Of a stretch of DNA of 64,000 nt, positions 39,409 through 49,867 are shown in pieces. How positions within the stretch are numbered: the stretch's first letter is position 1; every line of letters begins with the position of its first letter. Under the pieces are notes generated by a model, which worked only from the letters and a program-made list of their open reading frames with translations, had not been told where the DNA came from and did not search any database. A program made the translations under genes and the position numbers. Source of the stretch: an uncultured Candidatus Binatia bacterium (GTDB lineage Bacteria; Desulfobacterota; Binatia; Bin18); the NCBI GenBank assembly GCA_965214605.1, contig OZ243961.1, positions 2,368,001 through 2,432,000 of the forward strand, read 5' to 3'.

Positions 39409-40218
39409 TCAAAGGCTCGCGGCCCGTTTTTGCAGAACAAAGCGGGTTGTTTTGATAGGGACCTTCGCGCTTGCCCGGGCTCGGGCGGTCCGCAACACCA
39501 CAGCCCGGCGGGACGGAGACAGATCGGCCAAAAAATCTGGTGACATGGCCGTGAAATCGAGGAAAAAGCTAAGCGGCAGGTGGTCCGTATCGGTCTGGGT
39601 GTGAACCATGTCGAGGCCCGCCTGCCGGGCGGCCCGGCTGAAGCCGCGCGGGGTCCGTATGCGGGGCCGGGTTGGGACCGGTAAGGGGACCGATTCTCCT
39701 AGCTCAGACATGGCCTGTTCAAGCAGGGCTCGCCAGCAGGGACCGGGATCGATATGGGCTGTGGGCTCCCACGAGTGCCACCACAGGTTAAAAATGAACC
39801 GCCCGCCTGGTTTCAGGACACGGGCAACGCTCCCAAAGACGTCCGTTTCGTCAACAAGATGGACAGCCGCGTTACACAACACCGCCCCGACTCGAATCGA
39901 CATGCGATCCAGCTGGGAGGCCGACACCTTGGCATGGCCGATGCTCCGATTACCGATACGCTGTACGGCCAGCCGCAGCATGGCCTCAGCGGGTTCGACC
40001 AGATAAACCCGCGCCCGCGGGTAACGCCGCAGCAGACGGTCGCTCAGCAGCCCAGTGCCCGCCGCCAAGTCGATGACCGGACTCTCGACCGAAGACGGCA
40101 ACAGGGCGATCAACCGGTCCGCTAGCTGGCCAAAGATCGACCAGTGTTCGGTGAGCCCTTGATAGGCGTGGGCGCGCTCCTGCCAGAAGTCGATAATCTG
40201 CTGCTCTCGGCTGTCCAT
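39409..40218 (-). CDS. Class I SAM-dependent methyltransferase
   Basis: VIDLAAGTG, VEPAEAML and ARVLKPGGRF. Start MDSRE overlaps the upstream stop. Confidence 0.88.
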   Translation of the reverse strand: MDSREQQIIDFWQERAHAYQGLTEHWSIFGQLADRLIALLPSSVESPVIDLAAGTGLLSDRLLRRYPRARVYLVEPAEAMLRLAVQRIGNRSIGHAKVSASQLDRMSIRVGAVLCNAAVHLVDETDVFGSVARVLKPGGRFIFNLWWHSWEPTAHIDPGPCWRALLEQAMSELGESVPLPVPTRPRIRTPRGFSRAARQAGLDMVHTQTDTDHLPLSFFLDFTAMSPDFLADLSPSRRAVVLRTARARASAKVPIKTTRFVLQKRAASL

Positions 40219-40529
40219 CACGGCATGAAAACACAATCTATGCCGTCGAGGAGCATATGGATCAAGAGGCCGACTCCCGCGATCTGTGAGGCCGGGATGA
40301 GCGCCATGATGCAGTAGACGCCAATCGCCACGTATGAGTGCAGCGGATGAAAGCCAATACCACACCGGTTTGGGTCATAAATCGGCGTGGCGAGGAGATG
40401 GTCGAGGTCAACAGCCATGGTCAGCAGCATGATCAGCCAGGCTCGCTGCCAGCGGTGGGAGAAAGCCAGACGGGCGACCACCCCGGGTACTAGCAGGTGG
40501 AGGATGAGGTGGAAGGCGGGGCGGGTCAT
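40218..40529 (-). CDS. DUF6122 family membrane protein
   Basis: HLILH...TMAVDLDHLLATPIYDPNRCGIGFHPLHS...HMLLDGIDC. Confidence 0.85.
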   Translation of the reverse strand: MTRPAFHLILHLLVPGVVARLAFSHRWQRAWLIMLLTMAVDLDHLLATPIYDPNRCGIGFHPLHSYVAIGVYCIMALIPASQIAGVGLLIHMLLDGIDCVFMP

Positions 40530-40619
40530 GGTTTTCCCCGCCAGGGTATCAGAGCCCACGCCTATAGCCAAGATCGCTTCGGCTCTCTCAGGACTGGGGC
40601 CGTATGGTATACTCGCCCT

Positions 40620-42377
40620 ATGACACCGCTCCGCTCTCCGTTTACCAACCCCAAGCGCTGGATAGGCTTTGTCTTGTCCTGGACGGTAAGCTGCGCCCTG
40701 CTGTACGCCCTGCCCTCTCCAAGCGGCAGCGCCATGGGCCAGTGGTACTCTGTCCTCCCGCCCCTGCTGGCCATCCTGCTGGCGATTTTTTTTCAGCACC
40801 TGTTTATCTCGCTCGGCGCGGCCGTCGTGTTGGGCGCCTTTTTGGCCTATGGTCCGCTGCCGTGGGTTGCTCTGCCCCGAGGTTTTGAAACATTTATTTG
40901 GGCCAATCTGAGCAGCGGGTTTCACCTCTATATCCTGGCCTTTACCCTGACCCTGGTCGGCATGGTGCAGATCATAAACCGCAGCGGGGCGGCCCACGCC
41001 TTAGTCCGGACCTTGTTTGGCGCGGCCAAGAGCGGTCGGACGACTCGACTCGGTGTTGCCCTTGCCGGGGTGTGCTTTTTCTTTGATGACTATGCCAACT
41101 CGGTGGTGCTCGGAACGACCATGCGGCCGGTTACGGACCGTTGGCGGATTTCGCGCGAGAAACTCGCCTATCTGGTTGATTCGACCAGTGCGCCGGTTGC
41201 CGGGCTGGCGCTGATCTCAACCTGGATTGCCTACGAAGTTGGGCTGTTGAATGAGATTGCGTCCGACCTCAACCTGGGGCTGGACGGCTATGCCATGTTC
41301 CTGGTGCTGTTGCCGCTGCGTTTCTATTGTCTCACAACCCTCCTGTTTGTGGTGTGTAATGCGGTCCTGGGCCGCGACTTTGGCGCGATGTACCGGGCTG
41401 AGGCACGGGCTATTGCGGCGGGCAAAGTGTTGCGCGACGGAGCCCGGCTGCTGACTAGCCGGACGTTTGAGGATGTCCAGCTATCCGCAGACAGGCTGCC
41501 GCCCTGGTCCCACGCGGTTCTGCCCGTGACGGCCCTGGTCTTGGCCGCCTTGAGTGGCATGCTGTGGTTTGGGGCAGAGGCCGTTCAGGCTGCCGGGGTG
41601 TCGTTTTCAGTCTTTGATCCCGTCGTGTGGCGGCTCGCCTTTGGGGCGGTCGGCGGTTCGGCCGCCGGTTCAGGCCAAGTCCTCTTTTGGGCCGCCTTAG
41701 TTGGGACGGGCCTTGCCCTGAGCCTTGCCGTGTCTCAGCGTTTCTTAGCCCTGTCCGAGGGGATTGCGGCCTGGGCACGGGGCATTACGCTCATCTGGCC
41801 GGCGGTCATTATCCTTATCCTGGCCTGGGCGATGAAGACTATTTGTGCCGATGTCCTGCACGCCGACCTCTTCCTGACTTCTATACTTGGCGGGCGCATA
41901 TCACCGCTCTATATGCCCCTGGTCACCTTTGGTCTAGCCGCGGGCATTGCCTTTGCCACTGGCACGAGCTGGGGGACAATGGGGATCGTCCTGCCGCTGG
42001 CCATGCCACTGGCCTATAGCCTGGCCGGTGGACAGACCGCAGAACCGGTTGTGTGGCTGACGGCAACGGCGGTCCTTGACGGGGCGATTTTTGGCGATCA
42101 TTGCTCGCCGATCAGCGATACTACGATTTTGTCGGCAACGGCGTCGAGCTGCGACCCGTTAGACCACGTCTGGACCCAGGCTCCGTATGCGTTGACCTGT
42201 ATGCTGTTGGCCGGTCTGGCCGGATATTACGGGGTCGCGGCGGGTCTATCGGTCTGGGCAGCCTACGCGCTGCTGCTGCTCGGCACCTTGGCTGTCCTGT
42301 TTGTGGTCGGCAAGCCCCTGCCTCTCCCACCGAACGCCTCAGGCATCGTCCGTGACGATCCACACGATAGGCCATAG
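40620..42377 (+). CDS. Na+/H+ antiporter NhaC family protein
   Basis: FFDDYAN, ISREKLAYLVDSTSAP, FATGTSWGTMGI and GAIFGDHCSPISDTTILS. Confidence 0.93.
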   Translation: MTPLRSPFTNPKRWIGFVLSWTVSCALLYALPSPSGSAMGQWYSVLPPLLAILLAIFFQHLFISLGAAVVLGAFLAYGPLPWVALPRGFETFIWANLSSGFHLYILAFTLTLVGMVQIINRSGAAHALVRTLFGAAKSGRTTRLGVALAGVCFFFDDYANSVVLGTTMRPVTDRWRISREKLAYLVDSTSAPVAGLALISTWIAYEVGLLNEIASDLNLGLDGYAMFLVLLPLRFYCLTTLLFVVCNAVLGRDFGAMYRAEARAIAAGKVLRDGARLLTSRTFEDVQLSADRLPPWSHAVLPVTALVLAALSGMLWFGAEAVQAAGVSFSVFDPVVWRLAFGAVGGSAAGSGQVLFWAALVGTGLALSLAVSQRFLALSEGIAAWARGITLIWPAVIILILAWAMKTICADVLHADLFLTSILGGRISPLYMPLVTFGLAAGIAFATGTSWGTMGIVLPLAMPLAYSLAGGQTAEPVVWLTATAVLDGAIFGDHCSPISDTTILSATASSCDPLDHVWTQAPYALTCMLLAGLAGYYGVAAGLSVWAAYALLLLGTLAVLFVVGKPLPLPPNASGIVRDDPHDRP

Positions 42378-42926
42378 CGCCACAGCGGCAAACAGAACAA
42401 GGGCGGCGGCCCCACGGTCGGGAGTGATGGAGAAGGTTCGCTACGGCATTGAGTCAGCGTCCTAGGCCGAAGCCAAACAGGAGGCTGACAGGCAAGAACT
42501 CCCGAGGGCTAAAATTCTTCGCAGGAAGGATTCTGTCGCGTGGTACAGGGCTGTAGCACGAGCGTTATCAAACGCCCGTTGGGCGAGCTGAAATGGACCG
42601 CGATATACAGCCTGGGCGGGAAAATCACCGTTTTGGCCATAACAAAGAGAACCAGACCAACATAGTGCAGCTCCGGCAAGGTGTCCGCCCGAGTGCAGCT
42701 GTCGGCCAACCACCAACACGCCTATCAGCAGCCGTAGCCGTCGCGCATCAGGGCGGTTTCAGACCACGCCAACAGAATCAACGGCCAGAAAGCCCACAAG
42801 GGCAAACGCTGAGGGGCTGGGGCACGACGGAGAGGTGCCCCTCGAGCGGACCGTGGCCTCCGCGGAGGCGGGCGGGCGGGCGGGAGAACCCGCTTGTAGG
42901 GCTTATGGGCCTAGACCTCCCGACTC

Positions 42927-43853
42927 TTAATTCGCAAACGCTGCCTTGAGCGCGTCACCGGCTTCGTCGATCGCTTTGCGGCACGCGTCAAACGCAAACA
43001 TACTGAAAAAGCCGTGAATCATCCCGTCATAGCGGGAGATTGTGGCCTGTGCGCCGGCTTGTTTGAGTTTGGTGGCATACGCCTCCCCCTCGTCCCGCAG
43101 CGGATCAAACTCGGCCGTAATCACCAGCGCGGCTGGTGGGCTGTTGACGTATTTGGCCTGAAGGGGAGACGCATATGGGCTCTTCCCGTCCTCCTCATTG
43201 GCCAGATAGTGGTTCCAGAACCACTCCATAGACTCGACCGTCAGCAGATAATCCTTGCCGTTCTGCTTACACGATTCGGTATCAAACGCATGGTTGGTCG
43301 CCGGATAGATCAGGAGTTGGAAGACAAGCGACGGCGCCCCGCGGTCGCCGGCCATAAGAGCCACTGCCGCGGCCAGATTTCCACCGGCACTATCCCCACC
43401 AACGGCAACCCGTGTGGGATCGCCATTGTAGGCGGCGATATTGAGAACCGTCCACTTGGTGGCCTCATAACAGTCATCCGCGGCGGCCGGAAATTTATGC
43501 TCCGGGGCGAGGCGGTAATCAACGGACACGGTGACACAGTTGGCCGCATTGCTCAGCGCCCGGCAGGTCGGATCGTGCGTCTCCAGATCGCCGATGACCC
43601 AGCCGCCACCGTGAAAAAATACCAGGACCGGAAAGGGGCCCTGCCCCTTGGGCACATAAATCCGGATCGGCACAGGTCCGTTGAGCGTTGGGATGGTCCG
43701 ATCTTCGACCCTAGCGACCGATTCGGGATTTTCCACCGCAAACAGACTTTTGATGGCCTGCCGCGCTTCGGCAACGGGCAGTTCGTTGAGGCCCGGGGCA
43801 CCCGCGGCTGCTAGTTGATCAAGAAAGGCTTTGGCTTGTTGGTCTAAAGGCAT
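42927..43853 (-). CDS. Alpha/beta hydrolase, HSL/Aes family esterase
   Basis: HGGGW, YRLAPEH, GDSAGG, DPLRDEG and HGF. GAGGAGG RBS. Confidence 0.96.
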   Translation of the reverse strand: MPLDQQAKAFLDQLAAAGAPGLNELPVAEARQAIKSLFAVENPESVARVEDRTIPTLNGPVPIRIYVPKGQGPFPVLVFFHGGGWVIGDLETHDPTCRALSNAANCVTVSVDYRLAPEHKFPAAADDCYEATKWTVLNIAAYNGDPTRVAVGGDSAGGNLAAAVALMAGDRGAPSLVFQLLIYPATNHAFDTESCKQNGKDYLLTVESMEWFWNHYLANEEDGKSPYASPLQAKYVNSPPAALVITAEFDPLRDEGEAYATKLKQAGAQATISRYDGMIHGFFSMFAFDACRKAIDEAGDALKAAFAN

Positions 43854-43929
43854 ACTGTTCCTCCTCATCTGGGGGCGAGATAATTTGTAATTTTCTAGCC
43901 CGCCTAGCCCTCTGGAGGCAAGTGGGGCT

Positions 43930-44560
43930 GGAGCCCTGTCACGCCGTAGGAGAGCCCCACTGGCGGAAATCGTGGCCGCCTTCCAGCACACAGAGCTGAA
44001 CAAAAGCAGAGCCGAGATAGGGCCAGAGGGCCTCATGGAGCGCGTACCGCCGCACTCCAGACCACGACTTTGAGCTTGGCAAAGAGCTGCTCAATGAAGG
44101 AGTGAAGGCAGGGCGGGCCGGCGGCAAAAACCACCCCGCCTGCTCGAACGACACGGCCGAAAGCGTTCTCAACGGAGAGGGTATCAAGGAAGACAAGCTC
44201 GCCCGGCCGCCCAAGCGGGGCCAAGAGGGGGGGAGCTTCCGGCCCGGCCGCGTACACCACGCAGGTCGTCTGTCAGCGGCTGGAGTCGTGGCCTACGCCA
44301 ACGGTCCCTGCCGACGCGTCAGAAAGAAACACGAGGGGGCCCGAGCGCTTTGGAGGCTCTGAGAGGGCTGCCGCCCTGCGTGTGGTCTTGGGTGACGGAG
44401 GGCTTTTTGACTGCGGGCTCAAAGTGCCCAAGCGCTGGCCACACCACCTACCATGAGCCGTCACCGGCAACTCCGGATCCGACAGCCGCAACCCGCCACG
44501 GGTGCCCGGCCCGATCTCCACCCGTCTTCCACCGTCACTGCTCGCCCCCCGCCCGCCTCA
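43930..44560 (-). mobile_element. Decayed IS630-family transposase remnant
   Basis: LLAPLGRPGELVFLDTLSV, IEQLFAKLK...AAVRA and EALWPYLGSAF follow the IS630 DDE_3 C-terminus (L.PGD.V.MDNLS.H...NPIEQ.FAKLK...AART..ALW). Frameshifted, with uncertain ends. Confidence 0.7.
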
Positions 44561-44679
44561 CCCGAGACAGCGAAGCGATCGCCCGCGAGGCGCCCCCATC
44601 CCTAGTCCTCTTCCCCGTACAGGGACGCTCGGCCAGGGCCACCCCTCCGTGGTGAGACGCTCTAGGCAGCGGGGCGGGC

Positions 44680-45423
44680 TTAGCGGTGTTGTGGCGCTTG
44701 GCGCAGTTTGGAAACCGCACTCGGATCCGCCGTTCCGAGCGGATTGGTCCTCGTTGGCAACGTGTCCAACCACGGGTAGAGCTGTTGCTGACAGACCTCA
44801 AAGATACGGCGTAGCTCGGGGACTGGCTGACTATGCTCATCCACCCGGAGACTGTGTGACGGGTATGCCTCGATATCATAAACGAGCAGGGCGGCGGACT
44901 GACGGCCACGGTAGTCTCCACCCGTGGCATCTCCCGCTTCCAGGGCTTTGAGCAGGCGCTCCGGCAGGGCCTCGTCACGACTTGTTTCAAACGACTCGAC
45001 CATGGCCTCGACCGTTGTGGCATCGACCATCATATTGGCGGCCACCGCATAGCCTTGGCCGCTCTGCTCGCCGCACCACGGCAGACAGTCCTGACCGGTA
45101 AAGGTCGCGGCATTGCCGGCCTTATCCACCACACTCAGCTGGCGTCGGGCCCGACCCGGATCGTCGGCAATGAGTCGGGCAACCGCGCTCTGGGCCGTAT
45201 GTCCCTGCTCAAGTAAGGCTAGACCATCAATCCCCAGGTAGGGATTGGCGAACGACTGTGAAGCAATCGCGCCCAGCCTAGGCTTCACAAAAGGACAGAT
45301 GGCACCCACCGCAGGAACGGCCGTACACACGCCAACGCCTAGCATGCCGGTCCGTGGACAGCAGGCGGTGATGGAGAAGGTGGTCAGGACGAGGTGTTGT
45401 CCGTGTCTCTCGAAACCCTTCAT
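44680..45423 (-). CDS. DUF1028 (Ntn-hydrolase-like) protein
   Basis: TFSITA, AVGAICP, ASQS, and ALEAGDATGGDYRGRQSAAL...LRVDEH..PVPELRR. Confidence 0.92.
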   Translation of the reverse strand: MKGFERHGQHLVLTTFSITACCPRTGMLGVGVCTAVPAVGAICPFVKPRLGAIASQSFANPYLGIDGLALLEQGHTAQSAVARLIADDPGRARRQLSVVDKAGNAATFTGQDCLPWCGEQSGQGYAVAANMMVDATTVEAMVESFETSRDEALPERLLKALEAGDATGGDYRGRQSAALLVYDIEAYPSHSLRVDEHSQPVPELRRIFEVCQQQLYPWLDTLPTRTNPLGTADPSAVSKLRQAPQHR

Positions 45424-45603
45424 GTTGCCTCCAGACTGTTGCAGTCCGAGCGCAGGCTGAACGAGCACTCGTGTAGCGAAACGGTAGCCGCCTGCCTATA
45501 ATAGGTCAAGCTTTTGCCCGAGCTCCTCGGCCGCACCCATCCCTCCCAGTCTTGTCCACGCCGAGGTGAGGATCTCCAAAAGACCGCTCTATGTGGAAAA
45601 CGT

Positions 45604-47301
45604 ATGGAAACCATTGATCCGATCTCTTTAGAAATTCTGTGGAACCGCCTGATCTCGATTGTCAACGAACAGGCGACGGCTCTCCAAAACGCCTCGTTTA
45701 CCACCGTTGTTCGCGAAGCGGGCGACCTGTCGGCCGGGGTGTTTGACATACAGGGCAATATGATCGCCCAGGCCGTCACCGGCACGCCAGGCCATATTAA
45801 CACCATGGCGCTCGCCGTTCGTCACTTCTTGACCCAATACCCGTGGGAGAAGCTCGAAGACGGCGATAGCCTGATTAGCAACGATCCGTGGCTGACCTCC
45901 GGCCATCTCAACGACTTTACCGTGGTGACCCCGATCTTTCGCCATGGTGAGCCGGTCGCCCTGTTTGCCAACACCTGTCACGCGGTCGATGTGGGCGGTC
46001 GGATGCTAGGGGCGGACGCCCGCCAAGTGTTTGAAGAAGGCATTTATGTTCCGATCATGAAGCTCTTCCGCGCCGGGCGGCCCAATGACGATCTGTTCCG
46101 TTTGGTCAAACAGAATGTGCGAGCACCCGACTTGGTCGAGGGGGACCTTATGGCCCAGGTCGGCAGCAACGAGGTGGGGGGAGCCAAACTGTTGGAGTTT
46201 ATGGATGAGGCGGGCTTAGCCGGGCTTGATCATCTCTCAAGCGCCATTCTGAGTACCTCGGAAAAGGCTATGCGGGCGGCGATTGCTGAGCTGCCGCGCG
46301 GGACGTATCAGCACGAAATTCGGATGGACGGGTTTGACGAGCCGATCGTTGTCAAGATCACGGTGCGGGTCGGAGACTCAGAGCTCTCTGTCGATTTCAC
46401 CGGCACCTCAGCCCAGTGTGAACGAGGGATCAACGTCCCGTTTGCCTATTGCGTGGCCTATACGACCTATCCTCTCAAATGTGCCATCTCACCCCTTGTG
46501 CCGAACAATGAGGGCAGCTTTCGCCCGATTCATATAAGCGCCCCGTCGGGCTGTATCCTGAACTGCCAGTTTCCGGCGCCGGTTGGTGGGCGGCACATTA
46601 TCGGCCACTTTCTTTCTACCGCGGTGTTTGGCGCTCTGTCAGAGGCGGTGCCCGAACGCGTTCTTGCCGATGGCGCGGCCAATATCTGGATCACCCAGTT
46701 TACCGGCAAAGACACGGACGGCAAAAGCTTTACCTATGTCTTCTTCTCTTCCGGTGGTATGGGCGCGCGGCCGGATAAGGACGGGATCTCGGCCACGGCC
46801 TTTCCCAGCGGCATCCAGGGCGTGCCAGCTGAGATCATTGAAAATGTCTCCCCGCTGCTCATGGAGCAGCGCACTCTGGTGCCGGACTCCGGCGGACCGG
46901 GCAGACAGCGGGGGGGGTTGGGCCAAGAGATGATCTTATCGGTCAGAACATCTGAGCCGGTCATCCACTCGGCCATGTATGACCGGACAAAATTTCCGGC
47001 GCTCGGCTATCAAGGTGGAAAGAACGGCGGGCTCGGCGAGTTCCTCTTATCGGACGGCAGTCACCCGCACCCCAAGGCCCAGTACCGTTTGCTGCCCGAC
47101 CAAAAAGTCACCCTTCGTTTGCCGGGTGGGGGTGGTTTCTACTCACCCCTCGAACGCGCTCCCGAATTGGTCCGGCAAGACGTGCTGAACGGCTATGTGT
47201 CTGCAGCCGCCGCCCGGACAGAGTACGGGGTCGTTTTGGACGCCGAGGACGAGATCGACTGGCAACAAACCCGACGTTTGCGGACGTCAATGGGTCCCTG
47301 A
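45604..47301 (+). CDS. Hydantoinase B / 5-oxoprolinase subunit
   Basis: IDPISLEILWNRL, NDPWLTSGHLND, HAVDVGG, PDSGGPGRQRGGLG and PGGGG. Confidence 0.95.
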   Translation: METIDPISLEILWNRLISIVNEQATALQNASFTTVVREAGDLSAGVFDIQGNMIAQAVTGTPGHINTMALAVRHFLTQYPWEKLEDGDSLISNDPWLTSGHLNDFTVVTPIFRHGEPVALFANTCHAVDVGGRMLGADARQVFEEGIYVPIMKLFRAGRPNDDLFRLVKQNVRAPDLVEGDLMAQVGSNEVGGAKLLEFMDEAGLAGLDHLSSAILSTSEKAMRAAIAELPRGTYQHEIRMDGFDEPIVVKITVRVGDSELSVDFTGTSAQCERGINVPFAYCVAYTTYPLKCAISPLVPNNEGSFRPIHISAPSGCILNCQFPAPVGGRHIIGHFLSTAVFGALSEAVPERVLADGAANIWITQFTGKDTDGKSFTYVFFSSGGMGARPDKDGISATAFPSGIQGVPAEIIENVSPLLMEQRTLVPDSGGPGRQRGGLGQEMILSVRTSEPVIHSAMYDRTKFPALGYQGGKNGGLGEFLLSDGSHPHPKAQYRLLPDQKVTLRLPGGGGFYSPLERAPELVRQDVLNGYVSAAAARTEYGVVLDAEDEIDWQQTRRLRTSMGP

Positions 47302-47789
47302 GGCAGGTGGACCTCACACTCCCGCCCCAACCATAGACCGAACGGGCACGCCTGGGGGGACGCTGTGAGGGGGTCAGCGGGCACTCCCACAGACCGCCCG
47401 CTCTAGCGGGGGGACGCCCGGCGCAGTCTCTCCGCTGCCCGGTAGGCCACAATGATGGGCGCCACCCGGCACTATTGCTCTTCGCCCCGTACTCTGGAGG
47501 ACGAGACAGGGGGGCGCGTGCTTGGTCGCTCACCTCAACCACGCAGACTCACGGAGCGGACGAAATACCGGGAAAGAGCCCTGATTGAACTTGAACCTCA
47601 CGGGTCGAGGCAAAGAGGCAAACCCGAAGCAGGACAAACTCGGGGCCGGTCCAACATGGCCTAGGCGTCATGCTCTCCCCCAATGTTCCGGCGGGTCGAT
47701 CTCAGAGTATACGGGGCAAAGGTCAAACCTGCTCTCTTGACCCCCCTCTCCTCCCGCGCTAAGCCAAGGAAGGAAGGAGGGGGGAGGCG

Positions 47790-48959
47790 GTGCAGGATAT
47801 CCAAAACCTTGACCGACTCATTCTGACTATGGGGGCGAAGTTTCAGGCGGAGATTATCCAGCCAATTGGACCAAGCCCAACACGTCTGCCGGTGAATCAA
47901 TCCTTTTCGCTGGCGGTGACGCATGCCTTTTTGTGCTGTCCCCGGCTCGTGCGCAGATGTGCGCTCAGCCCCGAGGATATCGCTCAGCGGGGCAAGCGGC
48001 TGTGTGGTGCGGTTTCTCCCCTGTCTATTTGGATGTTGGGCTACTTCTTTCTGGTCGGACGGGAGGTCATACTTGATTTGGCGCCGGAGATAGCAGATGC
48101 CCGTGAGGACGATATTGTTGAGGTTCTGGAGTTTTGGCGGCGTTTGAGCGCAGCCCATCGGGGCGACGGCCATCTCGATAATAGCGACGCGGGCCTGACC
48201 AACCGTTTTTTGCCAAAGGCGTTAGTCGAGCAGCTCTATCAGGGCCTCGTGCCGGCCGATGTGGAAATGCGCCGCCTCGTCGAGCGGTTTTTTTCGACTC
48301 TGGAAGCCTATCTGTTCGGCTTGAACGCTGAGGCACATGTGGGCATTGTCGATTCCGGTCCCTACCCGCTGAGCGCCGACCGAGTTCTGATGGTGCGGGA
48401 CTTTTTTGATCTGAGAGGCCGCTTCTATCCCTGGCGAGAGACAGTGGCTGATCTCCCGTATGCCAGCTGTTCCTTGGCCTTTACCCTGGCTCCAGACGAC
48501 TTTCGAAGCATTGCTATTCGTGACCGGGCGGCCCTGCTGACCTCTCCCCTGGATTATATCCGGCACCTGCACGAGATCGCCTTTGTGACGCATGATAGCG
48601 GTCGGTCACGCTTTTTGCCTTTTACCGAAATGGATCGGCTGATCCGTGATATCAGGAAGCTCCAGCCGCGTCTGCTCGACTGGTTTGCCCGTTTGTCGCG
48701 CTCCGACGCCATCATCCAGGGAGCCAGACCCTGGATCCTGCGGCCCTTATCGATGATTGTCAATGCCGAAGACTGTTTTGACTGGCAGCCAGACCCCGAG
48801 GCCCTGCGTTTGCTCCGGTTGTACGCTGACGACGATGCACGGGCGGCTCGCTGGGCAAGCCATCGCTGTTTAGCCCCGGACCGACCGTCGTTTGTGCCGA
48901 TCGGCGAGCAGCGAAATGTCTCTCATTCCCCGCGTTTGGGGGCGGGCAAGCGCGGGTAA
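47790..48959 (+). CDS. Conserved hypothetical protein, tentatively CmuC-like
   Basis: GGAGG RBS and GTG. Motifs FFLVGRE, DIVEVLEFWRR...HRGDGH, DSGPY and VRDF.DL...PW...PY recall CmuC-type proteins from memory (unverified). Confidence 0.55.
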   Translation: MQDIQNLDRLILTMGAKFQAEIIQPIGPSPTRLPVNQSFSLAVTHAFLCCPRLVRRCALSPEDIAQRGKRLCGAVSPLSIWMLGYFFLVGREVILDLAPEIADAREDDIVEVLEFWRRLSAAHRGDGHLDNSDAGLTNRFLPKALVEQLYQGLVPADVEMRRLVERFFSTLEAYLFGLNAEAHVGIVDSGPYPLSADRVLMVRDFFDLRGRFYPWRETVADLPYASCSLAFTLAPDDFRSIAIRDRAALLTSPLDYIRHLHEIAFVTHDSGRSRFLPFTEMDRLIRDIRKLQPRLLDWFARLSRSDAIIQGARPWILRPLSMIVNAEDCFDWQPDPEALRLLRLYADDDARAARWASHRCLAPDRPSFVPIGEQRNVSHSPRLGAGKRG

Positions 48960-49867
48960 AAGTACAGACGGGCCGGAATCTTGTTCCGCTCTTCGCTGAC
49001 CGTGTAATAGCCCGTTCCGTCGGTCTTCCAGCCCAGCGCTTCCCCCTGGGGTTCAGGCAGGTAGGGCAGGGTTATGGGTGGGGCGGCTAAGGCCTGATGG
49101 ACTGCTTGTTCAGGGGCCCGCGTCCAGTAGTACACGTCACGATAGCTCTTAAGCAGAATTTTGGCTCCGGACGGGGAAATATCCCCGCCGACCAGCCAGG
49201 CCCCCTGAGCGGCGTGTTCGTTCAGGGCTAAGGTGGCGACCTGTTCAAGCGTCATGGGAACGGTGGTCGATTGGGGATAGGGCGCGCGGTAGACGCGCAC
49301 CCGGGGCTCACGTTTGGAGATGATGTAGAGGTCTTTTGTGACCGGATCGAGCAGCAAGGTTTCTGCGTCGCGTTTGCCGTCTGGGTAGCGAAAGGAGATC
49401 GTCTCGATATTGGACAGGGTTTGTTGGCGCGCGGCTTGCTCCGCCCTTACCCGTGGTTCCGGTACCCGGTGGATATATTTCAGATCACGGCGTGCTCGGT
49501 TATCGCCAATATCGCCGATATACAGGTAGGACAGACCGTCCTCTGGACCCGGCCCGAGCGCAATATCTTCCCAGTCATGGTTCTTGACGCCGCCCAAGAC
49601 GTAGACGCCGAGGTGGGCGCCCCGGGAGCTGAGCGCAAACACCAGGTTTGGCTGCCCGGAATCATTATGGACCCAAAGAACCCCCGGATTTTTTTGGCTG
49701 GCAACAATGCCCGAGGCTTCGCTGATGGGCGCGTGTTCAACCAGACCCTTATCCACCCGTTCCCCAAAGTGAGGAGTGTCGCTCGCCGCTTGAGCCGTCC
49801 ACACGGCAAGGACAAAAAAAGACACACAAGATACTGATGACCAATCCCTCTCCCAGAAAGACATCAT
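48923..49867 (-). CDS. Secreted beta-propeller-like hypothetical protein
   Basis: Signal-like N-terminus, EASG, WVHNDSG, DWEDIA, LYIGDIGDN, DAETL and PQGE. Start uncertain. Confidence 0.75.
   Translation of the reverse strand: MMSFWERDWSSVSCVSFFVLAVWTAQAASDTPHFGERVDKGLVEHAPISEASGIVASQKNPGVLWVHNDSGQPNLVFALSSRGAHLGVYVLGGVKNHDWEDIALGPGPEDGLSYLYIGDIGDNRARRDLKYIHRVPEPRVRAEQAARQQTLSNIETISFRYPDGKRDAETLLLDPVTKDLYIISKREPRVRVYRAPYPQSTTVPMTLEQVATLALNEHAAQGAWLVGGDISPSGAKILLKSYRDVYYWTRAPEQAVHQALAAPPITLPYLPEPQGEALGWKTDGTGYYTVSEERNKIPARLYFYPRLPAPKRGE

Noticed and set aside
42380-42920. Intact small membrane protein gene
   Set aside because: Hydrophobic fragments are spread over several frames with stops and no family was recognised.
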